A stretch of DNA of 63,267 nucleotides, filler included, from Octopus bimaculoides (GCF_001194135.2; 6 parts of 6 records of this genome joined end to end with filler, not necessarily neighbours in it), one strand, 5' to 3'. Positions 52,019 through 63,267 are shown, counted from the first letter of the whole stretch. Notes: a model not told the origin generated them from the sequence alone. Translations and numbers: made by a program.

Positions 52019-52486
52019 AGCAGGAATACTTGAGCGAAGATGAAGATGGATTCATTAAATAATCTCATTAGTCAGCTATCGAGAACATGTGCACCATTTT
52101 GTTTTGTTTATGAAAGTATATTTGAGTTTTTCTAGATTAGAATTGTTTTCTATCCTTACCGAATACGTTCTCAAATTCCTCTCGTAGCCTCCATGTCTGT
52201 ACACGCACACACACACATACACACACACACACGCATACACACGCACACACACACACACACATACACACTCCCCATCAGACACATAAATGCGTGTGTATGC
52301 AGATATGTATATATTTATATAAAATGTGTGTATGTGCGAAAAAGATTGCATGTGTTGTACTTGCTTGTATGGATGTGTATATATATATATATATATTCAT
52401 ATAGATACACACAAACACATACATGCATATATGCATACATATATACATACATACATACACGCATACGTACATACATACATATATAC

Positions 52487-52521
<35 letters not shown>

Positions 52522-52621
52522 NNNNNNNNNNNNNNNNNNNNNNNNNNNNNNNNNNNNNNNNNNNNTTAATTAATTAANNNNNNNNNNNNNNNNNNNNNNN
52601 NNNNNNNNNNNNNNNNNNNNN

Positions 52622-52885
52622 ATAGTAGGTGCTTTAGGTATAATAAAAAAATATTCAGACAAATACATAACAAAAACACCAGGACTTACAAATATATATA
52701 ACATAAAGAAAATTGCACTACTGGGCACTGCACACATTCTACGCAAAACACTTTCAATACAGTAAACATAAGAGCACCACAGCAAACCACAGCATACCAC
52801 AGCACATACACAAGGCGCACAGAGCTGCACTCGGTAGTGAAGTGAAAGCACGTTATAAAAATAAAACTACTGAATAATAATAATA
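52622..52885 (+). mobile_element. 3' end of an R4/Dong-like element (RLE C-terminus, short UTR, (AAT)n tail)
   Basis: It translates IVGALGIIKKYSDKYITKTPGLTNIYNIKKIALLGTAHILRKTLSIQ* and ends GAATAATAATAATAGTAAT. The start (ATAGTAG) overlaps where the 18515-18737 fragment stops. Confidence 0.85.
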
Positions 52886-53012
52886 GTAATCTTTTCTACT
52901 GGAAAGACCTGAAATTTGTGGGGAGGGCTCTAGTCGATCGCATCGGTTCCAGTGTTTCTCTGGTGCTTAATTTATCGACCCAGAAAGGATGAATCGCAAA
53001 TCGACCTCGGCG
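52880..53012 (-). mobile_element. SINE family A 3' half
   Basis: The sequence reads CTTTTCTACT..AAAGACCTGAAATTTG.GGGAGGG..TAGTCGAT...TTAATTTATCGACCC.GAAAGGATGAA. Confidence 0.7.
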
Positions 53013-53285
53013 AAAAGTTCTTTTCGCTGTGTTATCTCCTTTACGCCGGTATACAAATACATTACCTTACATATTATACATATATGTGTGTGTGTGTGTT
53101 TTACCCGATATAATATATTCCCAGCTACTTTCCGCCTCTTCTTACATATGTTATTGTTGTTCTTGTTCTTTTCTATGTCGCTAGTGTTGTTGTTGTCGTC
53201 GTCGTCACTGCCATGTGTATTCTTACTGTAGCAGTTGCTATTTTTGTGTTTATTGTTATTACCACTACACTACTACTACTGTTGC

Positions 53286-53342
<57 letters not shown>

Positions 53343-53740
53343 TGTTGTTGTTGTAGTAGTAGTAGTAGTAGTAGTAGTAGTTACAGCTATTATCGTTTGT
53401 GATGTAGCAGTTATTTTTCATGTACTTGTTCCTGACTTTAATCTCACAGTTATTGTTTGTGACTGTCGTGTTTCTTGCTAGTAGAAGCAGCAGCAGCAGT
53501 AGCAGCAGTAACAGAAGCAGCAGAGGCAGCGGCAGCAGCAGCGGCGGTAATAGTAGTAGTAGTAGTAGTCGTTGCTGTTGTTGTTGGTGGTGGTAGTGGT
53601 GGTGGTGTTAGTGGTGGTGGTGGCGGTGGTGGTAGTGGTGGTGGTGGTGCGATCATTATTGATAATCTAGTTAATGTCATTAACGGTGATATCTCAATCA
53701 GTTTGGACTTTAAGTAGATTTATCTCTCTCTCTCACTCTA

Positions 53741-53769
<29 letters not shown>

Positions 53770-53785
<16 letters not shown>

Positions 53786-53887
53786 CACACACTTTCGATC
53801 TCTCTCAAAATCTACTCTCTCGATCTCTCTCTCTAATTTTACTCCTTGTCACACGCGCTCTACTCTCTTCTCTCTCTCCTTCTCTCA

Positions 53888-53924
<37 letters not shown>

Positions 53925-53925
53925 C

Positions 53926-53990
<65 letters not shown>

Positions 53991-54370
53991 TCACACACAT
54001 ACATTTTCGATCTCTCTCAAAATCTACTCTTCACGGTCTGTCTCCCTTATCACACGCGCTCTACTTGCCTCTCTCTCTCTCTTTTTCTCTTTCACTCTCT
54101 CACTTTTTCTCTTCTTTTGTCCCCTCTCTCAGTCTCTCTCTCTCTCTCTCTGTCATCTTCTATCCCGCACCATTACTCTCACGGTCTCTCTCTGTCACAC
54201 TCATTTATCCTCTCTTTCTGTTTCCCTCTCTCTATATATCTATCTATCTATCTATCTATCTCTGTCTCTCCTTCTCTCTCAAGCCTCTGTCGTCCTTATC
54301 CCTCTCAGTCTTTCTCTCAACTACTATCCCTCATCACTTTTCTCACGGTCTCTCTCTCTCTCTTCTCCTT
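53770..54370. repeat. Compound (CT)n/(CA)n satellite with duplicated higher-order units
   Basis: TTTCGATCTCTCTCAAAATCTACTCT...CACACGCGCTCTACT occurs at ~53793 and ~54004. CTCACGGTCTCTCTC-like units recur further downstream. Confidence 0.7.
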
Positions 54371-54659
54371 TTAAATTATACACGCTATTTCAACAAGCCA
54401 TAGACGTTATAATATCTCGTAGTCAGCTATTCATGACCGAATCATTTCCACACTTTGCTCTTCTGTATTGAAGAGAAAAAAATTAATCCAACAAAAAGAG
54501 ATTAAAATAGGTGACAAGCAAAAAGAATAAGAAAATTTTGCAAAACAATATAATCAAAATTCAAAATTCAATATATTTTTTATTAAATCATAACTTCGCC
54601 AAATGTAATCAATATATATATATACATATATACATATAGACATATATATACACATATAT

Positions 54660-54694
<35 letters not shown>

Positions 54695-54946
54695 GTGTAT
54701 GTGTGTGTATGTTTATGCATACAGAGAGAGAAGTTTGTAAATACATACAAATATATTTATACAGACACAGTGAAATACATACATATAATAAACACACACT
54801 CACACACAGGCATACACACACATACATGAATGTGTGTGTAATATAGAGAAACAGCTACATTCAATGTTTTACAGAACAAACATGCATGCAATACTTTCTA
54901 TAAACAGAAATATAAACACGCATAGATGGACATACACACACACACG

Positions 54947-54992
<46 letters not shown>

Positions 54993-55669
54993 ACCATGAA
55001 CACAAAACCATTCAGACAGCTATTTATGCATGTATATATATACATACACATGTATGAATACATACACACTTGCACACTTACATATGCACACATATATACG
55101 CGCACATACATACTGTGTACGGATATACATACACATTTGCACACACCCATATATATACATACACGTATACATATTTGCAAACAGAAATGCATCCTTTCAT
55201 ACAAACATACGTAGTATGACATAACATATCTTCCATAAGCCTTCACCTCCACAACCGCCTTCTTATTTCGATTCTTGCTTATTACATTTACTTCCAAAAA
55301 AAAAAGGGGGGTGGATTGGTTGCACACTATATATTTTGGGGGCTCAAATTCCAGAACGGTGCTAGTAGTAGACTTAATTTTCGACAATGCGTGTCTTTGG
55401 TCTTTCAGCTTGACTCGTACTGCAGCATTAGTTATTCTCTTTGCAGCGTATCCACATGTCAAAGGCTCCTGTCTTTTTGCCTATTGCTGCGTACATTGTC
55501 CAAGTATCTGCGGTCGTAGAAGACAATTAGCATAATATAACAGCTTGTTAACGTCCATTTTAGATACAGTTTTATGTCTTTTAAAGTGATGATCTTTATC
55601 ATTCTTATAAATGTTGTTTGTATTTTATCTTTTACTTGTCTGCCTAGTACTTATTTTATCGGCCTCTTT

Positions 55670-55955
55670 TTCCGAACCGCTAAGATATAGGGAGGTAAAC
55701 ACACCAACACCAGTTGTCAAGTGGTTTTGGTCAGACACACATACAAACACACATAGGTATATAGATAGACAGACAAACTGACAGACAGGCATATACACGA
55801 CGGCCGTTTTCCAGTTTCGACAACCAAATCCACACTCAATGCTTTGGTCGGTACGAGGCTATAGTAGAAGGGACTTGTCCAAGGTACCATTCAGTGGGGC
55901 TGATCCCGGAACCATGTGATTGAGAAGCAAGCTTCTTACCATACACCTATGCCTG
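55670..55955 (-). mobile_element. tRNA-derived SINE, family B
   Basis: The sequence reads GTAAACACACCAACACCAGTTGTCAAG...ACCAAATCCAC..AATGCTTTGGTCGG..CGAGGCTATAGTAGAAG...GGAACCATGTG.TTGAGAAGCAAGCTTCTTACCA. Confidence 0.8.
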
Positions 55956-55964
55956 CGCTTGTTC

Positions 55965-56150
55965 TAAATACTTAGACTTCTTTTCTATTTGTTTCAGCTT
56001 CTGTCCATCTACTTTTATATTTTCTTCCTTATATTCGGTCTTTCTAATAACCATTGTCATTGCGTTCTGTACGTTTGTATTGGAGGCTTTTTGTCCCCCA
56101 TACTCTTTTACGACATCAACTTCTTGTAATTTCTCATTGTTTTCTGTCAA
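55965..56150 (-). mobile_element. Decayed LINE RT fragment (RTE/L2-like)
   Basis: The minus-strand piece MVIRKTEYKEENIKVDGQKLKQIEKKSKYL resembles the KTK.MVI......I.VDG..LEQV..FKYLG segment of LINE RTs. Confidence 0.45.
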
Positions 56151-56221
56151 TAAACATCAGCAACAACAAACAACAACATATAGCAAATAAATCACATCCC
56201 ACAACATCCCTAGCAACACAC

Positions 56222-56276
<55 letters not shown>

Positions 56277-57542
56277 ACACATACTCACACACACCACACA
56301 CACTCACTCACTCACCACTACATGCCTCTCGAATTAATCAAAAATTACGTCAAAGTTTCTAACATGATTTTATCCTAGTTAATGATTTTTTTCTATACCC
56401 ACCAGAATATTTTTATATAATATTTACTTTTCTATTATTGATACAGCTGGTTGTATAATAATTATGTTACTTTCGGGATAAAAAAAATCGATTTCATAAA
56501 ATATTCTAACACTTTTAATTTTAATTACCTCCAAACCCCAAATTATACATTCCGCCACTGATACAGATCATAGGTTTCCATACAGGGGAAAATTTAACTT
56601 ACATAGTCTTCTGATTCGATTTAAATACTTATGCTGTTCCGTATTCCTATTGTCTTTTAATTCTAAATCATATCAATAATCGTGTGGTCTTTGATCAGTG
56701 TTCGATATTTCTCTGCTACAAATACACCATTATTTCACATTTAGATTCTTTCAACTTCTGTTTATAAATCATCACTACTTTCATTTATATCTAAATTTAC
56801 GAACAGAGATTCTTTCGACTATCATTTATTTATCTATCATTACATCTTTTATATATATATATGTAAGTATGTATGTATGTATGTATGTATGTATGTATGT
56901 ATGTATGTATGTATGTATGTATGTATGTATCCATCCCAAAAGTAAAGACAACACACATGTATACATGTATAAACATATACATATACATACATTCATGAAT
57001 ACTTATATATATATATATATATAAATATACACACACAGATGTATACATACACATATATGTAATGAGGAGTATCTGTCTATTTTTAAGATGTCTACATACA
57101 TGAGTGTGCATGTGTTGTGTGTGAACATTCACCTTCTTTGGCAGCACTAAATATTTATCTTCTACCTTTTTCAGCCAGGCACTAAACGATTAATTACTCA
57201 CCAATATTTCGGAAATGCAGATTCCTTACGTTATAAATATACGTACTGACAACTTCATAACTTAAATACGTTACATGATTTTGCATTTTAAATGAATTCA
57301 ACTATTATAATTCCTATCCCCTGTCGTTTGATTTTGATCAGCATTTAATTTTTCACCAATCGCAGGCATGGCTCCTTGACAAGGAAATTTGCTTTGCGAC
57401 CATTTTATCTAAGCTCAGACATAGATATAAGTATATATATATNNNNNNNNNNNNNNNNNNNNNNNNNNNNNNNNNNNNNNNNNNNNTTAATTAATTAANN
57501 NNNNNNNNNNNNNNNNNNNNNNNNNNNNNNNNNNNNNNNNNN

Positions 57543-57813
57543 ATGTATAATCAGGGTAGCGCAAAAAGTTGTTTTGCACAAGCATTTCTATAGCCAATTA
57601 CACGGATGAAATTTACGTACGCTTAATAAGTTTACGCAAAACAGCCTTCAGACTTTCCCTATTAATTTCATCGTCTTTTGAATTATGAACATATTTATAT
57701 CATAAGGGTTTTTTCGTTGTAAGGCTTTCTTTTTTAGTTGATTTTCAGCTAGCAAGACTTATCGTAGATGGCATAATAAGTCACACCCGGACAAGGTCGG
57801 GTTATACTGCTAG
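57543..57813 (+). mobile_element. Possible non-autonomous Helitron 3' end
   Basis: A subterminal hairpin CCCG-GACAAGGT-CGGG (57786-57801) is followed ~9 nt later by CTAG|T (57810-57814). The 5' part is lost in a gap. Confidence 0.45.
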
Positions 57814-58636
57814 TATACTATAAAGTATATTAAATGTTTTATAAGTCAATATTATGTTCTTCTGTATTAGCAATGCTATTAAATCACTTGTTAAGGTTAT
57901 CTCTACAGATTTTGCATAGAAATTATAGCCAGCACTGATTTGTTATGTTTTGTATCCAAATGCGTCTAATGTAAACAACAATGAGATCGAAAATGGAAAA
58001 ATGGGTAATGGGTGTATATGCCATATTTATCGTACTTTTTCCTATTTACCTTCCTCTTTTATCTCTCTTCACCCCTTTGCTTTTTACCACTCCAGAATTT
58101 CTTTCAGTCTCTCCAGAATTTCTTTCTTACTGCACTTGTTATAGACATTAACCCACATCTGCACATACTGAATATAAACCATATTAATGTCACCAGCCTG
58201 GGCAACCCTACATTGAGGATGGGTATTGTCTTTTCTCAACAGTTTAACTAATAAAAATGCGTTGTATAATAATGAAACCTAAAAGCTTTTGGACAGAGAT
58301 GTACTTTTGTGTTATATGAAATTCCTATTAACAATGTAAACTCATTTCTAGATTAATTTGTTTTGCTCATAAATAACAATGAAAGTAATAAATATTGAAA
58401 GTGTTAGACTGAATTCATACAAATAAAATTACTTTTACTGAAAAGTTAATTTCGATAACATTTCTTTGAAATGGTAAAAAAAATGTGATGTGTTTGTGGC
58501 AATTATATTCATTGTTATCCTTTGATTATACTCTACATTATGTGTATGCAACATTTTTTCATATTTCTTATTTTGAAATATTAGTAAGGTTTTTTTTAAA
58601 AATTCATATACTATATAGCTCACTCCATATTTTCAG

Positions 58637-58802
58637 GATGATTTTATTTATGTCTATGATGGAATCCCAGACTTTGTTAATGGTAGTTCAAGGAACAATG
58701 GACTGTTACTTGGCACATTTTGTGGTACTCAAAACCGACCACTTTCTGTTGAAGCTGTAAAAGGTGTTTTAACAGTTTACTTCGTTTCATATGAAAAAGG
58801 TG
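58637..58802 (+). CDS. MEGF8: Internal coding exon, CUB domain, most similar to the second CUB domain of MEGF8 (multiple EGF-like domains 8)
   Basis: The acceptor is TTTTCAG|G and the donor is G|GTAAGT, giving 166 nt (phase 0 to phase 1). It translates DDFIYVYDGIPDFVNGSSRNNGLLLGTFCGTQNRPLSVEAVKGVLTVYFVSYEKG, which has the CUB YDG...FCG pattern. It parallels my recollection of the MEGF8 segment YVLAFDGFPRFL...IAAFCG...RPLTVQALSGLLVLHW. Orthology was not verified. Confidence 0.75.
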
Positions 58803-59074
58803 GTAAGTAATATTATCATATCTTTAATTGATTCTTATAGCTTAAAGTTTAATTTTGTATATCTGTTTAATGAAATTGATCCTAGTTATGCATAAAATAA
58901 AGTATGAAATTAATTAAGTATTTAAACTTAATAGCATTAAAATAGTTCACAAAAGCTAAGGTAAGTGAGTTTGAAATGAAAAATGCTTTTGATTTAAGAA
59001 GCTTGGTTGGTTATAATGCTGTCAAAATTTGACTTAACTTTAGGCTGATGAGAAAAAAATTGGGCATAATTGGG

Positions 59075-59460
59075 CATATGGAAAGAACCTGTGGAAGAGG
59101 TAAACTCAGGACGACATGAGATGAGGTGGTGAAATATGATCTTCAGATGTTGAGTCTCACAGTGGTGATGACAAGTGATCGAGACCTTTGATGATTTACT
59201 GTGCTTGAGAAGGAATGTCGAGCCGAGTAACATCGTAGTCATGGCTAGTGCTGGTGACATGTAAAAAGCACCTGTGTGGGTGATATATAAAAGCACCCAC
59301 TACATTCTTGGAGTGGTTGACATTAAGAAGGACATCCAGCTGTAAAAACCAAGCTAAATCAGGCTGGAGCCTGTTACAGCTCTCTGGCTTACTAATCCCT
59401 GTCAAACCATCTAACACATACCAGCATGGAAATTAGATGCTAAATGACAATAGTAATGGT
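59075..59460 (+). mobile_element. RTE-clade LINE 3' end (ORF2 tail + 3' UTR)
   Basis: Remnants of G.CGRG..R.TW.EVVK.DL..L.LT..MTSDRDL are followed by the UTR GAGTGGTTGACATTAAGAAGGACATCCAGCTGTA...CCAGCATGGAAA. Confidence 0.75.
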
Positions 59461-60626
59461 GGTGGTGGCGATTGTTCTTGTTCATGTTACACATTCACCT
59501 GAGCATGCTGGCTTCATTTCTTTCTAGTCTTCACAAGTCTTCTGTTTTCACATTCCTCATCTTGCAAAATGTAATACAAAATTACAGTTCTAATACAAGT
59601 GACAAACAATCTGCCTCTTACTCTGAGAGAAAAGACCTTTGTTGCCAACAGTGATAATAGCATTTTGGATTTTGTAATGTCCTGTCTGCAAGTCAGGTTA
59701 TTACCCTGACATCTAACCTCAACATTTCACATGTTTTCTATGATTTTTTTCTTCTGAAATGGTGGCTTTCACTGTCTGCATATCCTATTTTTCACTCAGT
59801 GTTGTCCATGTGCATAATTTGCGCAAATTAGCAGTTTTTCTCACAGATGGAAAGAAAGGAAGAGAGGAAGGAATATAAAGAATAGAGGAAAGGAGGCATT
59901 CGATAGTAAAAGGGACAGAAGATGGCCAAAACTTTCACAGATCAGCCTATGTATTTAATGATAAGTGTCTTTTCATTTCACTGGTGTCCTACTTTTTATG
60001 TACATCACTATTACATAGATCNNNNNNNNNNNNNNNNNNNNNNNNNNNNNNNNNNNNNNNNNNNNNNNNNNNNNNNNNNNNNNNNNNNNNNNNNNNNNNN
60101 NNNNNNNNNNNNNNNNNNNNNNNNNNNNNNNNNNNNNNNNNNNNNNNNNNNNNNNNNNNNNNNNNNNNNNNNNNNNNNNNNNNNNNNNNNNNNNNNNNNN
60201 NNNNNNNNNNNNNNNNNNNNNNNNNNNNNNNNNNNNNNNNNNNNNNNNNNNNNNNNNNNNNNNNNNNNNNNNNNNNNNNNNNNNNNNNNNNNNNNNNNNN
60301 NNNNNNNNNNNNNNNNNNNNNNNNNNNNNNNNNNNNNNNNNNNNNNNNNNNNNNNNNNNNNNNNNNNNNNNNNNNNNNNNNNNNNNNNNNNNNNNNNNNN
60401 NNNNNNNNNNNNNNNNNNNNNNNNNNNNNNNNNNNNNNNNNNNNNNNNNNNNNNNNNNNNNNNNNNNNNNNNNNNNNNNNNNNNNNNNNNNNNNNNNNNN
60501 NNNNNNNNNNNNNNNNNNNNNNNNNNNNNNNNNNNNNNNNNNNNNNNNNNNNNNNNNNNNNNNNNNNNNNNAATAATAGTGGAATATGAAAACAATATAT
60601 CCTAAGATTATTGTAGTTATGTAGGA

Positions 60627-60970
60627 ATCATCATCATCGTTTAACGTCTGCTTTCCATGCTAGCATGGGTTGGACGATTTGACTGAGGACTGGTGAAACC
60701 AGATGGCTACACCAGGCTCCAATCTGATTTGGCAGAGTTTCTACAGCTGGATGCCCTTCCTAACGCCAACCACTCAGAGAGTGTAGTGGTTGCTTTTACG
60801 TGTCACCCGCACAAAGGCCAGTCAGCCGGTACTGGCAATGGCCACGCTCAAAATGGTGTATTTTATGTGCCACCCGCACAAGAGCCAGTCCAGGGGCACT
60901 GGCAACGATCTCGCTCAAAAATGCTTACACATGTCATGGGCACAAGTGCCAGAAAGGCGACGCTGGGCAC
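60627..60970 (-). mobile_element. RTE-type 3' UTR with (GAT)n tail
   Basis: The sequence reads TCATCATCATCGTTTAACGTCTGCTTTCCATGCTAGCATGGGTTGGACG...TTTCTACAGCTGGATGCCCTTCCTAACGCCAACCACTC. It is an inverted homolog of 59300-59450. Confidence 0.8.
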
Positions 60971-61410
60971 AAAAGGTATATAAATTAGGAATACAAAAAT
61001 ATATATACATATACATGCATACACATGTATACATACATACATACATATATATTTACGTACAAACATACTCATATGTACATACATATTACATGTGTTGAGC
61101 AAGACTGTTTACCTGATAATAGTCCTACATAACTACAATAATCTTAGGATATATTGTTTTCATATTCCACTATTATTTCTCTTTTGATAACTTTCTCCTT
61201 CCTCTGTTTGTACTTTATCTAATAAGAATAATATAATACACCTATTAATAATAATTGATTCCTTGATATGCATATACATATACATATGAATATAAAAATA
61301 TAGAAATATATATACATGTGTTTATGTATGTTTATGTGTATGTATGTATATGTATAAGTGTGTATATGTGTATGTATTTGCATTTATAACTTAACCTTAT
61401 GAACTTTCTA

Positions 61411-61532
61411 AACTCTCTGATGAAGCCCAGAGACACAGCCAAGCACCTAAATCTTATCTACCAAATTCTTCAATTCACTGAAAGGTAGATTGGGGTAATT
61501 TGGCCTCTTGGCTGAAACAGCTGTAAGATGTT
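61411..61532 (+). ncRNA. Type I hammerhead ribozyme with canonical core and an ~70-nt structured insert in loop 2
   Basis: The motif reads AAC-TCT CTGATGA AGCCCAGAG [insert] CTCTTGGCT GAAA C AGCT GTA AGA-T-GTT. Stem I is TCT/AGA plus AAC/GTT across a bulge, stem II pairs 8/9, stem III is the palindrome ACAGCUGU, and the GUA triplet predicts cleavage after 61525. The insert itself pairs (GCCAA/TTGGC, ATCTACC/GGTAGAT). Confidence 0.8.
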
Positions 61533-61728
61533 ATCCTATCTTTTGTGATCTACGTTATATATTATAATAATTACTGGTATTTTTATATATTGTATATGTA
61601 AAGCATATTATGCTAAACATGTATGTATATTGTTATAATGATTTTTCAAAAAAATAAATAAATAGTCATAATATAATGTCTAAAAGTTGATGAATACCAC
61701 CTCTTGATCCCCTCCATTTTCTTATTGC

Positions 61729-61761
<33 letters not shown>

Positions 61762-61861
61762 NNNNNNNNNNNNNNNNNNNNNNNNNNNNNNNNNNNNNNN
61801 NNNNNTTAATTAATTAANNNNNNNNNNNNNNNNNNNNNNNNNNNNNNNNNNNNNNNNNNNN

Positions 61862-62045
61862 ACTTGACAACCGGTGCTCATGTATTTACTTCTCTGTAAC
61901 TTGGTAGTTCGGTAAAAGTGACCTACAGAATAAATACCAGGCTTATAACAAATAAGTACTTGCGGTCGATTCAATCGACTAAAAATTCTTCGAGGTCATG
62001 CCCCAATATGGTAGCAGTCTAATGACTGTAAAAAGTAAAAGATAA
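61862..62045 (+). mobile_element. SINE family B 3' part
   Basis: The sequence reads ACTTGACAACCGGTGC...TGTAACTTGGTAGTTCGGTAAAAG.GACC.ACAGAATAAATACCAGGCTT...GGTCGATTCAATCGACTAAAAATTCTT. Confidence 0.7.
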
Positions 62046-62414
62046 AAAAATAAAGGATGATAATATATGTCAATTCGACATCTCCTTTAAACTAACTAGA
62101 TTACCCAAGAATTGCATTTACCCACCCAGTCCTTTGAAACGTTCTTTTTTGTCCTCAATTCACTTTCTAAATGTAACATTGACTTCCAAATATCTTTCAG
62201 TTGGTTTACTTTTCGTTAGATAGCACACGATAAACAGATTAAACACGCAGTTCTCATAGGCATGTACCACCAACTTCAATTCCGTTCTTAATCTTCACCT
62301 GAGAAGGGCTTTGCGACATATGTATGTCCGCCCTTGGAACACCTGTATAGAACAAAGTTTCCTTTATAACAAACATATCCTTGTAACTTTAATTTTATAG
62401 GAATACGTATATTG

Positions 62415-62888
62415 TTTCAAATTTCGGCACAAGACCAGTAATAATGGAAGAGGAGCTAAATCGATTACGTTGACCACTGTGCTCAATAGGCGCTTATTTC
62501 ATCTACCCTGAAAAGATGAAAGGCAAAGTTGACCACGGTGGAATTTGAACTCAGAACATAAAGAGGAACGAAATGCCGTTAAGCATTTTGTGTGGCGTGC
62601 TAACGATTCTGTCAGCTCACTTAAGCATGTGTATATTGGTTTCACATTTTGGCACAAGGTCAGAAGCTTCGGATTAAGAGCTGAGTCAATTACATCGACC
62701 TCAGTACTCAGTTCGTACTTATTTCATCGACCTTGTAAGAATGAAAGTTGACTTCGGTGGAATTTGAACTCAGAACGTAAAGACGGACGAAATGCCGTTA
62801 AGCATTTTGCACTGTGTGCTAACGATTCTGCCTGCTCGCCGCCGTAAATAATATTAATAATAATATTAATAATAATATTATTATTATT

Positions 62889-62924
<36 letters not shown>

Positions 62925-63267
62925 CCTTTCTATTATAGGCACAGGGCCTGAAATTTTGGGGCAGCAGGTAAAACGATATAACGACCTCAGTATTCAGCTG
63001 GTACTTATTTTTTTTATCCCGAAATTAGGAAAGGCAAAGTTGACCTCGATGGCATTTGACCTCAGAACGTAAAGACGGACGATATGCTGCTAATCATTTT
63101 ACCCGGCGTGCTAACGATTCTATCAGTTCACCGCCATAAAACACGTGTATATTCTTTTCTACTCTGGGTACAAGGCCCGAAATATTTGGGGAGGGGATCC
63201 AGGTCGATTAGATCGAATCCAGTACACAACTGGTACTTAATTCATCGACCCCGAAAGGATGAAAGGC
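62415..63267 (-). mobile_element. Cluster of four co-oriented family A SINE copies (~62415-62612, 62640-62845, 62925-63140, 63160-end)
   Basis: The blocks ..CACAAG/GGCC..GATTACATCGACC..GGTAC/TACTTATTTCATC..GGAATTTGAACTCAGAAC..GCTAACGATTCTG repeat four times. The last copy is cut by the window edge. Confidence 0.85.

Noticed and set aside
56500-56560. CAGTGGCGGA-like transposon terminus on the minus strand
   Set aside because: No matching second terminus or TSD was found.
58145-58222. Candidate extra exon (AG...GT) upstream of the CUB exon
   Set aside because: The donor (GTATTG) is weak, the only open frame ends in phase 1 whereas the next exon begins in phase 0, and the peptide has no clear MEGF8 similarity.
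59045-59051. CTGATGA near the RTE fragment
   Set aside because: It is followed by an A-run, with no stem II or GAAAC-NUH.

Overview
This is AT-rich, gap-riddled eukaryotic scaffold sequence. The SINE families and microsatellite density suggest an octopus-like cephalopod genome; that is an inference from repeat recognition, not a database search. Most of the window is simple repeats ((TA)n, (CA)n, (GA)n, (TAA)n, (TATC)n, (CAT)n, (TAG)n), N gaps and decayed mobile elements. These include many tRNA-derived SINEs, R4/Dong-like RLE-type LINE pieces (several bordered by (TAA)n), RTE, CR1/L2-like and L1/Tx1-like LINE fragments, a DD37D (maT) transposon, a deleted mariner, a Tc1 5' end, a hAT MITE, several fold-back MITE-like hairpins and a possible Helitron 3' end. 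Only one convincing host exon is visible: 58637-58802 (+), encoding part of a CUB domain resembling the second CUB of MEGF8. Much of the window may therefore be intronic. The most interesting signal, missed by the ORF track, is a set of type I hammerhead-ribozyme motifs in at least three different short repeat contexts. One has a canonical core with a long hairpin inserted in stem II (61411-61532, sense to the exon). One is a minimal, dimer-dependent motif just behind Pol III A/B-box-like sequences (20375-20421). The third is a dispersed family of variant-core minimal motifs with a compensatory stem I change (58-93, 3943-3978, 8539-8577, 21052-21087). No cleavage activity can be shown from sequence alone.
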